Below are positions 23,361 through 36,681 of a stretch of 64,000 bases of DNA, one piece after another. Source of the DNA: Leucoraja erinacea (taxonomy: Eukaryota); the NCBI RefSeq assembly GCF_028641065.1, contig NW_026576328.1:1-64000 (forward strand). The letters run 5' to 3'. Every line of letters starts with the position of its first letter. The stretch's first letter is position 1. Position numbers and translations under genes: made by a program. The notes under the pieces are model-generated. The model was not told the origin of the DNA. It saw nothing but the letters and a program-made list of their open reading frames with translations, and did no database searches.

Positions 23361-25141
23361 CCTGAAATCTCGGAGAGAATTACCTCGAAGATCAGGACCA
23401 TTAAATCAGCCACGGCCATGGATACCAGATAAATTTACAAAAAGGACGGATTGCATCTTAACAGGCGGGAGATAAATTTGGAGAGTCCACACTTTCTCCA
23501 GAGAGAATTACGATTGACATCAGGTTAGCTGTAGGAAAGACGAGATTAAAATCAACAACATTCACTATCCCAGAAGAGCATCAGTTTGACAGATCTGCGA
23601 AAGTAAATGGAGTATATCTGACTGTCACATACCCCTTTTACTCGGGTCGCCCACACATCTCTGATTCTGAAAAGGACATCTGAAATAGTGAATAAAATGC
23701 AGTGGCCAAGGCCACGACTGGATTTACAGACTCGCGGCCTATCGCAGAACGATTAATGACGCGGATATACATTAATCGTGAATTTCATTCGCCTGACCAC
23801 AGAGGAATTTGGAGAGTAAAGAATATCGGCCGATTTGCTATTCACAGTCCAGCGCCAAACCTTATGATATAACCTTCCATCTGCAGGCAGAATACAGCAT
23901 CAACTTAAAAACAAGAACAGTTTGATGTTTACCGATGTGGACAAATATTGCGTGTAAACATTAATCGCATCGAGATGTCCGTGGGGAGGCGTGGCCAGGC
24001 TATCATTGCGCATCGAATTTGCGATGCACATATAAATGTAAATACTGCATCCAATCCACGCCTCTGCTAAACTATATTTCCTAACGCATGCGTGTAAAGG
24101 CGTCCTATTTTATGCGACCTTTTCCCTCAAGGCAAATTGACAGCAGGCGCACTGCTGCCTGACTGCTGAGCGACATAGGATCGATAGTGGTCACTAGTGC
24201 TGTTTGCACATTCTCCCTGTGCTGGCGCAGGTTCTGCTTGGGTCATTGCTTGATCGGTTGATTGATGCAGCATGGTAACATGTCCCCAGCACACCGAGTC
24301 GTGCCGATCACCTGTCACCCGTTCACACTGGTTCTATGTTACCGAACATTCCCAACCACTCTCTGCACTCGAAGCAAATTACGGAATGCATTCACCCACA
24401 TTCACCTACCAACCAGCAGGGTTCTGAGCGGAATCTAGAGCGCCCGGACCTTTGGGATGTGGAAGGATCCAGAGCTGACAGTTGAATCAACGCAATCAGC
24501 CGAGATCACGTGCAAATTCCACACAGGACCCCAGGTCAGGATCAACCCGGATCTCTGGCGCTGTACGGCAGCAGTTCTCAGAGCTCCGTTTATGTGCGAC
24601 ACAGTTCTCCGTTGACCATCCACTTGGATTACCCCGCTGGCTGGTAGGTTATCAGTCCAAATACGTTGGCGCTAGTGCATCGGCTCATGGCAAAAACTTT
24701 GGGCAAATTCAGAGGCGCAAGTCAACGGAAACTCAGCCGATTGTAGTTGCTCGTGACACAAACCAGATTGACCCAACTTGCCGCCCTCCATATCATCGGG
24801 GCAATATTCACTGCATTCGCTTCGATTAGGCGATGAAGAATAATTACAGTCCTGGTTTTTTTCACAACGTTAATGGTGTCAGAAACATCCGCACCAGCTA
24901 CAGATTGGTATCGGGCATGTGTGGGTATTAATTCAGTGTGCGACGGCCGGAACCGGTAAATATGAGCACCACAATGCTGGATCAGTAACTCAAGAATATT
25001 TAATAGCACAGACGTGTTCAACACTGACGGCGGGAGAGCGAAACATTGGAACAGAATCATAAAGGACTAACCAGGAATACCAATGATGACAAGGATAGAG
25101 TAGAAGATATTCTCTACCTGGTTGATTACCGGCAGTTCCAT
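23360..25141 (-). pseudogene. GPR139-like GPCR pseudogene (exon 1 25141-25072; exon 2 fragment 23528-23360)
   Basis: Exon 1 MELPVINQVENIFYSILVIIGIP+G|GTTAG. Acceptor cctacag|CT AAC CTG. Exon 2 has a 1-nt deletion and a 33-nt insertion containing a stop, reads YLVSMAVADLMVLIFEVILSEI, and is then cut by Penelope. Confidence 0.9.
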
Positions 25142-25412
25142 GCCCAGATGTAATCCACGTGTCCTGCCAGTGGTCTGACCGGTCGCTTGCTTTTAAAGTT
25201 AGCTGCATATTCTCCAGATAAATCATATTTCTAATCAAGGCAATTTAATTGGGATTAGTGTCAGTCCGTCAACCAAACAAAGTTAACCTCATCACGTTAT
25301 CTGCTGCTAAGTATGTCATTGCGCAATAACTGCCAGTATCGTTCTATAAAAATAGATATTATATTACTCTATTACACAAAATACGGAGAATTATTTGTAA
25401 GAACATATATTA

Positions 25413-27627
25413 TAACCATATAACCATATAACAATTACAGCATGGAAACAGGCCATCTCGACCATTCTAGTCCGTGCCGAACACGTATTCTCCCCTAGTC
25501 CCATATACCTGCGCTCAGACCATAACCTTCCATTCCTTTCCCGTCCATAGAACTATGCAATTTATTTTTAAATGATAAAATCGAACCTGCCTCCACCACC
25601 TTCACTGGAAGCTCATTCCACACAGCCACCACTTTCTGAGTAACGACGTCCCCCCTCATGTTACCCCTAAATTTCTGTCCCTTAACTCTCAAGTCATGTC
25701 CCCTTGTTTGAATATACCCTACTATCAATGGGAAAAGCTTATCCACGTCAACTCTGTCTATCCCTCTCATCATTTTAAAGGCCTCCATCAAGTTCCCCCT
25801 TAACCTTCTGCGCTCCAAAGAATAAAGCCCTAACTTGTTCAACATTGTGTCCTTGAGACTCTTGAAAGGCGCCCATAAAAAAAATGTACTATTATTATTA
25901 TTATTATTATTTCTCTGTAACTTAGTTGATGAAACCCAGGCATCATTCTAGTAAATCTCCTCTGTACTCTCTCTATTTTGTTGACATCCTTCCTATAATT
26001 AGGCGACCAAAATTGTACACCATACTCCAGAATTGGCCTCACCAATGCCTTGTACAATTTTAACATTACATCCCAACTTCTATACTCAATGCCCTGATTT
26101 ATAAAGGCCAGCACACCAAAAGCTTTCTTTACCACCCTATCTATATAAGATTCCACTTTCAGGGAACTGTGCACAGTTATTCCCAGATCCCGCTGTTCAA
26201 CTGCATTCTTCAATTCCCTACTGTTTACCATGTACGTCCTATTTTGATTTGTCCTGCCAAGATGCAGCACCTCACACTTATCAGCATTAAACTCCATCTG
26301 CCATCTTTCAGCCCTCTCTTCCAACTGGCATGCATCTCTCTGTAGACTTTGAAAATCTACTCATTATCCACAACCCCACCTATCTAAGTATCTTCTGCAA
26401 ACTTACTAATCCAATTTACCACCCCATCATCCAGATCATTGATGTGCATGACAAACAACAGTGGACCCAACACAGATCCCTGTGGCACCCCACTAGTCAC
26501 TGGCCTCCAACCTCACAAACAACCATCCACCGTTACTCTCCGGCATCTCCCATTCAGCCAATGTTGAATTCATCTCGCTACTCCACCATTAATACCCAAC
26601 AATTGAACCTTCTTAACCAACCTTCCGCGAGGAACCTTGTCAAAGGCCTTACTGAAGTCCATATATACAACATCCACTGATTTACCCTCATCAATTTCCT
26701 GAGTAACCTCTTCAAAAAATTCAAGAAGATTAGTCAAACATGACCTTCCAGGCACAAATCCATGTTGACTGTTCCTAATCAGACCGTTTATCCAGATGAT
26801 TATATATATTATCTTTCCATTTATTTGCCCACCACCGACATCAAACTAACAGGTCTATAATTGCTAGGTTTACTCCTAGACCCCTTTTTAAACAATGGAA
26901 CAACATGCGCAGTACGCCAATCTCCGGCACTGTTCCCGTTTCTAATGACATTTGAAATTTTTCTGTCATAGTCCCTGCTATTTCTACGCTAACCTCCCTC
27001 AATGTGCTAGGGGATATCCTGCCCGGATCTGGAGACGTATCCACTTTTATATTTCTCAAAAGTGTCAGTACTTCCTCTTCTTTGAATATTATAGTTTCCA
27101 TAGCTACTCTAATTGTTTCCCTTACCTCACATCATTTAATATTCTTCTCCTTGGTGAATACCGAAGAAAATAAATTGTTCAATATCTCCCCCATCTCTTT
27201 TGGCTCTGCAGATAGCTGTCCACTCTGACTCTCTAATGGACCAATGTTATCCCTCGTTATCCTTTTGCTATTAATATAGCTGTAGAAACCCTTTGGATTT
27301 ACTTTCACCTTACTTGCCAAAGCAACCTCATATCTTCTTTTAGCTTTTCTAAATTTCTTAAGATTATTTTTACATTCTTTATACTCCTCAAGCACCTCAT
27401 TAACACCATGCTGCCTATAATTATTGTAGATCTCTCTCTTCCGAACAAAGTGTCCAATTTCCCTTGAAAAACATGACTCTTTCCAATTTTTACTATTTCC
27501 TTTCAACCGAACAGGGACATAAAGATTCTGTACTCTTAAAATTTCACCTTTAAATGCCCTCCATTTCTCTTCCACATCTTTCCCATAAAACAAACTGTCC
27601 TATTTTAATACTTTTAAATCCTTTCGC
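25413..27627 (-). mobile_element. CR1 ((TATATGGT)n family) with a short L2 tail inserted at ~25843-25911
   Basis: ORFs 25495-25845, 25839-26324, 26570-26755 and 27132-27593. Confidence 0.9.
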
Positions 27628-27759
27628 ATCTCCTCAAAGTTAGCCTTTCTCCAATCAAAAATCACAACCCTAGGACCAGTTCTGACTACATATTTGTTAC
27701 TCTACTCGCATTCTCTGTTTCCAGCGGCAAAGTAATGTTGAATTATCCATGCGCCTTTC

Positions 27760-28460
27760 TAGAAGCTTATTGCACGACACCCTCACACCTGCTTTCACCA
27801 CCATCCTTGGCAGCCCGTTCCAGGCACTCGCCACTACCTGCAAAACCTCCTGACCACGTATCCGCTTTAAATGTTGACCCGCTCAATTTAAACATATGCC
27901 CTCTAGTCCATCCCAGCAAGGATGTGTCTCTGATAATTTACCTCATCTACGCCTCCCACAATTGTGTTTATTCATATCACGTCTCTCTTCATCCATCAAC
28001 ATTCCCGAGAAAACGATCAAAGTTTGTCCAGCTTCTCCTTGTAACACGTACAGTCCAATCGAAGCAGAATTCCAGTAAAACACCTCTGCATCCACTCCAA
28101 AGCCTCCACGTTATTGCAGTAAGGGGCGCCCAGAACTGTACACAGCCCTCCAAATGATGCCTAACGAAACTGTTGGAGAACAGCATCGTGCCTTCGTGAC
28201 CTTTTTAATCAAAGCCCGCACAACGTATACAAGTATTCCATACCCCCTCCTGAACCATGCTTTCTGCTTATGATGCCACTTTCAGGGAGCTACGCATCTG
28301 GACACGAACATCATTCTTCATATCAGTTTTGTTAAGAGTCCTGCCTTCAACCTTATAGTTTCGCCTTACATTGATCTCGCAAAATGCAACACCTCTTAAC
28401 TACCGACATTGAAATCCATCTGCCACTTGCCAATATATTTCTGCAACTGACCGACATCTC
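27760..28460 (-). mobile_element. Old degraded CR1 3' fragment
   Basis: FVRHHLEGCVQFWAP motif in ORF 27989-28186. Confidence 0.65.
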
Positions 28461-28624
28461 ACTGTGCTGTTTGACAACTTTCCTCCCATCTCCCAACTTC
28501 AGCAATATCGGCTTTGTCTGCAGACATCACAGAAATCGTATCTTCGTCTATATCTATCTCAATGCCTGCAGATGAAAGTGATAGGTATTGTCCAGTACGA
28601 CCATGCCTCATCAGCTTCAATGAT

Positions 28625-28825
28625 GCGGATGTTCGAAAGTTTTGAGAAGTTCAATTTGCTTGGCGTTAATATACAGTGTGATATGTGTGGTCCAGCCACA
28701 ATAACGGGGCAGCTAAGAAGACACACTGAAGTCTACGTCCTGCAGAAACTGAAAACAATCGGTATGTCTCTGGTGAGTCTTCCAAGCTTCTGCAGCTGCA
28801 CCAAAATAAGCAATCTGCTCCTTCG
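28625..28825 (+). mobile_element. Rex1/Babar LINE RT fragment
   Basis: KFNLLGVNI...WSSH..AAKK..YVLQKLKTIGMS..LPSFCSC resembles the Rex FKFLGV..KKA.QRLYFLRRL..FGM motif. Confidence 0.6.
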
Positions 28826-28952
28826 CCTTCCAAAAACCTTGGAAAGAACCCATTGGGTCCAGCCAATCCACTTCAAACTGACATTGGCTTATTTTTTTCG
28901 TTGTCAGGTTTACAATCACCTTGGTCATCCACGATTGCCTCTCGACCCGTGC

Positions 28953-30520
28953 GATTACTAAGGAGAAGGTGCTTGGAAAACTGAAAATGCTGATGCTCGT
29001 TAAATCACCTGGACCGGATGGACTGCACCCCGTGGTTCTGAAGTAGGTGGCCTCATGGATTGTGGAGGCATTATTCGTGAGATTCACTTGAGTTAGTTGT
29101 GATTCCCCAAGATTGGTCAATTGCGGATATCACCCCGCTGTGCATAAAGGGACCAAAGCAAAAGAGCGGAAACAATAGACAGGTTAGCCTGACTTCGGTA
29201 CTTGCTAAGATTTTAGATTCAATCATGAAGGCTGAGGTTACCCAGCATTTGGACGTTCACGCTAAAAGAGGCCGACGTCAACATGATTTTGTGAAGGGAT
29301 CATCTTGTCTGACTAATCTGCTGGTGTTCTTTGAGAAAGTTAATAGCTGGACAGACAGAGGGGAGGCGGTAGATGTTGCTTCCCTAGAATTTCTGAAGCG
29401 CTTCGATGAGGTGCCGCACGTCAGGCTGCTCGGGAATATATGAGAGTCCATGCTATTAAAGTGAAGATGTCAGCATGGATAGCGGGTGGGCTGTGGGGCA
29501 AAGAGTTGCAATAAAATACGCTTTTTCAGGTGAGTTGACATTGATTAGTGAAGTTCCGCAAGGGTCGGTACTGAGGCCGCTTCACTTCACTTTGTATATT
29601 AATGATTTGGATAAGGGGATTGAAGGCTTCGACGTCAAGTTTGCAGATGATGCTCATAGAGGTGGAGGGTCAGTAGGTGGAGAAGAAGCAAGGACTCGGC
29701 AGAAGGACGTGGACAGGTTAGAAGAATGGACAGAGAAGTGGCAGATGAAATCCAGTAGAGCAAAGTGCGAAGTCATGCATTTTGGTAATAATAATAAAAC
29801 CGTTGATTATTTTGTAAACGGGGACATATTCCATCAATCGGAGGTGCAAAGGGACTTGAGAATGCTGGTGCATGTCTCCCAAACAGTTAATGTGCAAGTC
29901 GAATCGATAGTAAGGAAGGCAATTTCAATGCTAGCATTTATATCAGGCGGACTGGATAACAAATACAGAGATGTAATGCTGAGGCTCGATAAGGCGCTGG
30001 TCAGGCAGCATTTGGAGTCCTGTGCTGGTTTGGGCCACATATCTGAGGAAGGTTGCGCTGGCTCTGGAGAGGGTCCAGATAAGGTATACCAAAATGAATC
30101 CAGGAATGTGTGGGTTAGCACACTTACTGGAGTTTAGAAGATTGAGGTAGAATGTCATTGAAACGTACAGAATAATGAAAGGCACAGAAAGGTTGTTTCC
30201 ACTGCGGCGAGAGTCTAGGACCATAGGTCATCGCTTCAGAATTAATGGGCTCTCGTTTAGAAAAGAAATGAGGAGGAATTTTTTAGTCAGAAGGTGGTTA
30301 ATCTGTGGAATTCAGTGCCACGAGGGGCTGTGGAGGCCAAGTCAGTGGCTATTTTAAAGGCAGAGACAGACCATTTCTTGATTAGAACGGGTGTCAAGGG
30401 TTATAGACGGAAAGCCGAAAAATGGGATTGGGCGGCAGAGATCAGCCACGATTGTGTTCTGAACTAGGTGGCCTCAGGGATTGTGAAGGCATGATTTGAG
30501 ATATTTCAAGAACCCCTTTG
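28953..30520 (+). mobile_element. Older CR1 RT fragment
   Basis: SPGPDGLHP, SCLTNLL, VPQGSVL, KFADD. Confidence 0.9.
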
Positions 30521-30521
30521 A

Positions 30522-31452
30522 AATATAGAAACATAGAAACATAAAAAATAGGTGCAGGAGTAGGCCATTCGGCCCTTCGAGCCTGTACCGCTCAAGGCTG
30601 ATCATCCAACTCAATATCCTGTACCTGCCTTCTCTCCATACTCCCTGATCCCTTTAGCCACAAGGGCCACATCTAACTCCCTCTTAAATAGAGCCAATGG
30701 ACTGGCCTCAACTACCTTCTGAGGCAGAGAATTCCAGAGATTCACCACCCTCTGTGTGAACAATGTTTTCCTAATCTCGGTACTAAAATAATTACCCCTT
30801 ATCCTTAAACTATGACCCCTTGTTCTGGACTTCCCCAACATCGGGAACAATCTTCCTGCATCTAGCCTGTCCAACCCCTTAAGAATGTTGTAAGTTTCTA
30901 TAAGATCCCCCCTCAATCTTCACGGACTAGAAGGGTCGAGATGGCCTGTTTCCGTACTGTAATTGTTATATGGTTAATCTTCTAAATTCTATCCAGTCTT
31001 TCTTCATATGAAAGTCATGACATCCTCAGTCCGGTGAACCTTCTCTGTAATCCATTTATGGCAAATGTATTTCCTCAGATTAGGAGACCAAAACTGTACG
31101 CAATACTCCAGGTGTGGTCTCACCAAGACCCTGTACAACTGCAGTAGAACCTCCCTGCTCCTATATTCAACTCCTTTTGCTATGAATGCTAACACACCAT
31201 TCGCCTTCTTCACCGCCCGCTGCACCTGCATGCCTACCTTTAATGACTGGTGTACCACGACACCCAGGTCTCGTTGCATCTCCCCTTTTCCTAATCGGCC
31301 ACCATTCAGATAATAGTCTACTTTCCAGTTTTTACCACCAAAGTAGATAACCTCACATATATCCACATTATACTGCATCTGCCATACATTTGCCCACTCA
31401 CCCAGCCTATCCAAGTCACCTTGCAGCCTCCTAGCATCCTCCTCACAGCTAA
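30522..31452 (-). mobile_element. CR1 3' fragment with a ~55-bp CR1-tail insert at ~30921-30975
   Basis: ORFs 30611-30916 and 31004-31414. The insert is flanked by an aatcttc duplication. Confidence 0.85.
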
Positions 31453-31735
31453 CAATAATAATAATAATAATAAATTTTATTTATAGGCGCCTCTCAAGAG
31501 TCTCAAGGAAACCTTACAAAATTTAGCAAATAGAGTAAAAACATGTAAGCGGAATGAAATAAATAGTAAAGACATCACCAGTACACAAATTAAAGACATA
31601 ATTCAATCCAAAGACAAAAATCAAAAACACAATATGAAGAGAGAGCAGCGGCAGCTAAAGCACGCCAGCGTACACTCTCCCTTCCGGCAGCCACCTCGGA
31701 CACAGAATAATAGAATCATTTACACACAAAAATGT
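31453..31735 (-). mobile_element. L2-like LINE/SINE 3' end with (ATT)n tail
   Basis: Minus strand gtaaggtttccttgagactcttgagaggcgcctataaataaaatttattattatt. Duplicated at 56177-56455. Confidence 0.6.
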
Positions 31736-31958
31736 ATGTTTTCATTTTTTCTTCTTCCCCCCCTACATGTTGGGTCTGAGTGCTTCCCTTCTCTGCCTCC
31801 TGCCGGAACCATTCTAGTTTAAAGTCCCCATGTATTGTAAACTTGTATTTATCTATTCATTGTATACTTGTATTTGTACTCATGCATTTTAAATATGTAT
31901 GTCATGTTTTATACTTTGGCAATATAACAATGTATTTTATCATGCCAATAAAGTTTTT

Positions 31959-32213
31959 NNNNNNNNNNNNNNNNNNNNNNNNNNNNNNNNNNNNNNNNNN
32001 NNNNNNNNNNNNNNNNNNNNNNNNNNNNNNNNNNNNNNNNNNNNNNNNNNNNNNNNNNNNNNNNNNNNNNNNNNNNNNNNNNNNNNNNNNNNNNNNNNNN
32101 NNNNNNNNNNNNNNNNNNNNNNNNNNNNNNNNNNNNNNNNNNNNNNNNNNNNNNNNNNNNNNNNNNNNNNNNNNNNNNNNNNNNNNNNNNNNNNNNNNNN
32201 NNNNNNNNNNNNN
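31959..32213. other. Assembly gap (255 N)
   Basis: Run of N. Confidence 1.
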
Positions 32214-32329
32214 GTCAGGCAGCAGCTGTGGAGAAGATAGACACAAAGTGCTGGAGTAACTCAGCGGGTCAGGCAGCATCTGTGGAGAGAATGAATGGGA
32301 GATATTTGGGGTCGAGACCCTTCTTTGGT

Positions 32330-32625
32330 TTCGTTTAGTTTAAAGATGCAGCGCGGAAGCAGGTCTTTCGGCCCGCGGAGTCCGCGCCGACCAGCGATCA
32401 CCCCGTACACTAGACTATCATACGCACATTAGGGGCAATTTAACAATTTTGCGGAGGCTGATTAGTCTACAACCCTGAACGTCTTTGAAATGTTGGAGGA
32501 AATTAGAGCACCCGGAGTAAAAACCCACACAGGTCAAGGGGAGAACGTACAAACTCTACCCGTAGTCAGGATCGTACCCGGGTCTCTGGCGGTGAGGCAG
32601 CAACTGTACCGCTGCGCCACTGTGC
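32330..32625 (-). mobile_element. HE1-like V-SINE
   Basis: Reverse complement of cacagtggcgcagcggtacagttgctgcctcac...gctgcatctttaaactaaac. Confidence 0.8.
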
Positions 32626-32859
32626 GGCGCAGAATTATATAACGGTTTCCTCCGCCATAAACGCACCCAATATGTGCTAGTAATGTCCTGTTTGCCAGCT
32701 TGTTGACCCTCTGTGTTCCCCTCCTGCAGGGTTTAGGGGCCGTTGCTGTGGACGGAGAGACGGGGACGTGAGCGGCCATTTAGGGCGGCCAGGGTGCCGT
32801 GAGCCCCCCCCCCCACAACTGCTCGGTGTGCGGGCTGAGCTTCGAGGGGCTGAGCTTCG

Positions 32860-34101
32860 ATGGAGGACCACATGACGGGGCAAAACAAGGAGAAGCGTTA
32901 TGAGTGCGACGTGTGTGGCAAGGCCTGTCAGCGCCCGAGCTGGCTGGAGATCCACAGGCGGGAGCACACGGGAGAACGCCCCTTCGACTGCTCGGAGTGC
33001 GGCAAGAGCTTCAAGACAGCGGATGTGCTGAAGATCCACCGGCGGGTGCACACGGGTGAGAAGCCCTATGGCTGCTCCACCTGCGGCAAGAGCTTTGCCC
33101 AGATATCGGGGCTGCGGGATCACCGGAGGGTGCACAGCAGTGAGCGGCCCTTCACCTGCTCCAACTGCGGCAAATGCTTCAAGTCGTCGCCGGACCTGAA
33201 GAGGCACAGGCTCCTGCACACCTGCAGCGACTGCGGCAAGGGCTTCATCCTCTCCAGCTACCTGGTATCCCACACTGGCGAGTGCCCCTTCACCTGCTCC
33301 CAGTGCGGCAAGAGCTTCACCTCCTCCAGCAGGCTGCTGTCCCACCAGCGCACCAAACCTGGAGAGCGTTCATGCACCTGTACCCAGTGCGGAAAGGGCT
33401 TCAATCGCTCCTCCAAGCTGCTGTCCCACCAGCGCACCCACACTGGCGAGCGTCCCCACAACTGCACCCAGTGCGGCAAAGGCTTCACCTCCTCCAGCAG
33501 GCTGCTGGAGCACCAGCGCACCCACACCGGCGCGCGCCTCTACACCTGCACCCAGTGCGGCAAGGGCTTCAACTGCTCCACCCATCTGCTGTCTCGCGGG
33601 GGTTGCGGCAGCACCGGCGGACCCTCGCCGGCGAGCAGCTGCTCGCAGTGTGACAAGAGAGCATGGGGGGGCTGTGGGGGCGGGAACAACAGCGGTTACA
33701 CACCGGAGAGAGACCATTTGTGTGCGCTGAGTGTGGCAAGGATTTCACCCACCTTGACCACCTGCTGGACCACTGATGAGTCCACACCGGCCAGCGCCAC
33801 TCCACCAGCCCGCTCTGCGGCAAGACCATTGCCCGCTCCTCCAGCCTGCTGGCACAACGCCATGTGGATAGATAGGCGCTGTTTAGGTAGACACAAAATG
33901 CAGGAAGGAATGGGTAACGTTTCAGGGTCGAGACCCATCTTCAGTGTCGACCCGAAACGTCACCCATTCCTTGTCTCCAGAGATGCTGCCTGTCCCGCTG
34001 AGTTACTCCAGCACTCTGAAATGTCACCTATCCATGTTCTCCACAGATGCTGCCTGACCCATCGAGTTACTGCAGCACTTAGTGTTAGAGTCATAGAGTG
34101 A
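32860..34101 (+). CDS. C2H2 zinc-finger protein, copy 1 (degenerating; ORF reads into a Penelope-derived repeat)
   Basis: Nine CxxC repeats with TGERP/TGEKP linkers, about six intact. Upstream acceptor cctcctgcag at ~32729. The C-terminus is out of the finger frame. Confidence 0.7.
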   Translation: MEDHMTGQNKEKRYECDVCGKACQRPSWLEIHRREHTGERPFDCSECGKSFKTADVLKIHRRVHTGEKPYGCSTCGKSFAQISGLRDHRRVHSSERPFTCSNCGKCFKSSPDLKRHRLLHTCSDCGKGFILSSYLVSHTGECPFTCSQCGKSFTSSSRLLSHQRTKPGERSCTCTQCGKGFNRSSKLLSHQRTHTGERPHNCTQCGKGFTSSSRLLEHQRTHTGARLYTCTQCGKGFNCSTHLLSRGGCGSTGGPSPASSCSQCDKRAWGGCGGGNNSGYTPERDHLCALSVARISPTLTTCWTTDESTPASATPPARSAARPLPAPPACWHNAMWIDRRCLGRHKMQEGMGNVSGSRPIFSVDPKRHPFLVSRDAACPAELLQHSEMSPIHVLHRCCLTHRVTAALSVRVIE

Positions 34102-34368
34102 TACAGTATGGAAACAGGACCTTCGGCCCAGCTTGGCCACACCAACCAACATGTCCCGGCTAGACTAGTCCCACCTGCCTGCGGTTGGTCCAAACTTGTC
34201 CTATCCATGTAACTGTCTAACTGTTTCTTGGGATAGTCGCAGCCTCAACTACCTCCTCTGACAGTTTGTTCCATACTCCCATCACCTTATGTGTGAAAAA
34301 GTTACCCCTCAGTTTATTTGTAAATCTTTTCCCCTTCACCTTGAACCCATGTCCTCTGGTCTTCGATT

Positions 34369-34765
34369 CAGGCTCCTGCACACCGGCAGCGACTGCGGCA
34401 AGGGCTTCATCCTCTCCAGCTACCTGGTATCCCACCAGCGCACCCACACTGGCGAGTGCCACTTCACCTGCTCCCAGTGCGGCAAGGGCTTCACCTCCTC
34501 CAGCAGGCTGCTGTCCCACCAGCGCACCAAAACTGGAGAGCGTTCATGCACCTGCTCCCAGTGCGGCAAGGGCTTCACCTCCTCCTGCAGGCTGCTGTCC
34601 CACCAGCGCACCAAAACTGGAGAGCGTCCCTACAACTGCACCCAGTGCTGCAAGGCTTCACCTCCTCCAGCAGGCTGCTGGAGCACCAGCGCACCCACAC
34701 CGGCGCGCGCCTCTACACCTGCACCCAGTGCGGCAAGGGCGTCACCTGCTCCACCCATCTGCTGT
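34369..34765 (+). pseudogene. Zinc-finger fragment (fingers 5-9) inserted in a CR1 remnant
   Basis: [26 protein letters not shown]...; frameshift at ~34655. Confidence 0.85.
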
Positions 34766-35059
34766 CCCCCCACCTTCTACACTCAGTCTGAAGAAGGGTC
34801 CTGACTCAAAACGTCATCTGTCCATTCCCTCTAAAGCGGTGGAGGAACTCAGTGGGACAGGCCGCATCTGTAGAGGGAAAGGAATCTAAGGCGACCACTC
34901 CCACCTCTCCTTTCCAACTTTCTCCACCCCCCCACCAAGCAGTCTGAAGAAGGTTCCTGACCTAGAATGTTGCCTGCCCATGCTCTCCAGACGTGCAAGT
35001 TACTCTAGGAGATTGTGTCTCTTTTTGTAAACCAGCATCTGCTGTTCCTTCTTTACGAA

Positions 35060-36128
35060 CGTGAAGTGGAAAACATTAGTTAAGACCAAAGTTGCATTCT
35101 TGAAGACTGAAAAAGGTAAACTTATTATGGGGAACAAGGAAATGCCAGATGAGTTGAACAGGTACTTTGGTTCTGTCTTCACTAAGGAGGACGCAAACAA
35201 TCTTCCTGATGTACTAGTGGCCAGAGGATCTGGGGTGATGGAGGAACTGAAGGAAATCCACATTAGGCAGGAAATGGTGTTGGGTAGACTGATGGGACTG
35301 AAGGCTGATAAATCCCTACGGCCTGTTGGGCTGCATCCCAGGGCATCCCAGGGAGTGGCTCTAGAAATCGTGGATGCATTGGTGATAATTTTCCAATGTT
35401 CTATAGACTCAGGGTCAGTTCCTGCGGATTGGTGGGTAGCTAATGTTATTGCACTTTTTAAGATAGTTGGGAGAGAGAAGACAGCGAATTATAGACCAGT
35501 TAGCTTGACATTGGTGGAGGGGAAGATGCTGGAGTCAATTATAAAAGATGAAATAGCGCATATTTGGATAGGATTAACAGGATTGGTCTGAGTCAGCACG
35601 GATTTACTAAAGGGAAATCATGCTTGACTAATCTTCTGGAATTTTTTGAGGATGTAACTGGGAAAATGGACAAGGGAAACCGAGTGGATGTGTACCTGGA
35701 CTTTCAGAAAGCATTTGATAAGGTTCCACATGGAAGATTAGTGGGAAAATGTAGGGCATAGGGTATTGGGGGTAGAGTGCTGACATGGATAGAGAAGTGG
35801 TTGGCAGACTGGAAACAAAGAGTAGTGATTAACGGGTCCCTTTCAGAATGGCAGGCAGTGATTAGTGGGGTACCGCAAGACTCGGTGCTGGGACCGCAGC
35901 TATTTACAATATACATCAATGACGAGATTTAAAAGTAACATTAGCAAATTTGCAGATGACACACAGCTGGGTGGCAGTGTGAACTGTGAGGAGGATGCTA
36001 TGAGAATGCAGGGTGACTTGGACAGGTTGGGTGAGTGGGGGGATGCATGGCAGATGCAGTTTAATATGGAGAAATGTGAAGTTATCCACTTTGGTAGCAA
36101 AAACAGAAAGGCAGATTATTATCTAAAT
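35060..36128 (+). mobile_element. CR1 RT fragment (duplicate of 59633-60682)
   Basis: ORFs 35061-35591 and 35564-35761. Confidence 0.9.
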
Positions 36129-36580
36129 AACCATATAACCATATAACAATTACAGCACGGAAACAGGCCATCTCGGCCCTACAAGTCCATGCCGAACAAT
36201 TTTTTTTTCCCCTTAGTCCCACCTGCCTGCACTCGTACCATAACCCTCCATTCCCTTCTCATCCATATGCCTATCCAATTTATTTTTAAATGATACCAAT
36301 GAACCTGCCTCCACCACTTCCACTGGGAGCTCATTCCACACCGCCACCACTCTCTGCGTAAAGAAGTTCCCCCTCATATTACCCCTAAACTTCTGTCCCT
36401 TAATTCTGAAGTCATGTCCCCTTGTTTGAATCTTCCCTATTCTCAAAGGGAAAAGCTTGTCCACATCAACTATGTCTATCCCTCTCATCATTTTAAAGAC
36501 CTCTATCACGTCCCCCTTAACCTTCTGCGCTCCAGAGAATAAAGACCTAACTTATTCAACCTATCTCTGTAACTTAGTTG
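36129..36580 (-). mobile_element. 5'-truncated CR1 ((TATATGGT)n family)
   Basis: ORF 36213-36509; tail at 36129-36150. Confidence 0.9.
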
Positions 36581-36606
36581 GACGGCCAGGTTGGCGGTGC
36601 GTCCCT

Positions 36607-36640
<34 letters not shown>

Positions 36641-36681
36641 CTGCTTGGTGTGCGGGTTGAGCTTCGAGGGGCTGAGCTTCG

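Noticed and set aside
23102-23419. 105-aa ORF looking like a GPCR-endonuclease fusion
   Set aside because: Chance in-frame junction of a broken exon with a Penelope tail; the upstream frame is disrupted.
31780-32279. ORFs spanning the N run (also 63431-63961)
   Set aside because: Artefacts of translating gaps.
33230-33590. 84-bp periodic repeats resembling an array
   Set aside because: These are 28-codon C2H2 units, not CRISPR or satellite.
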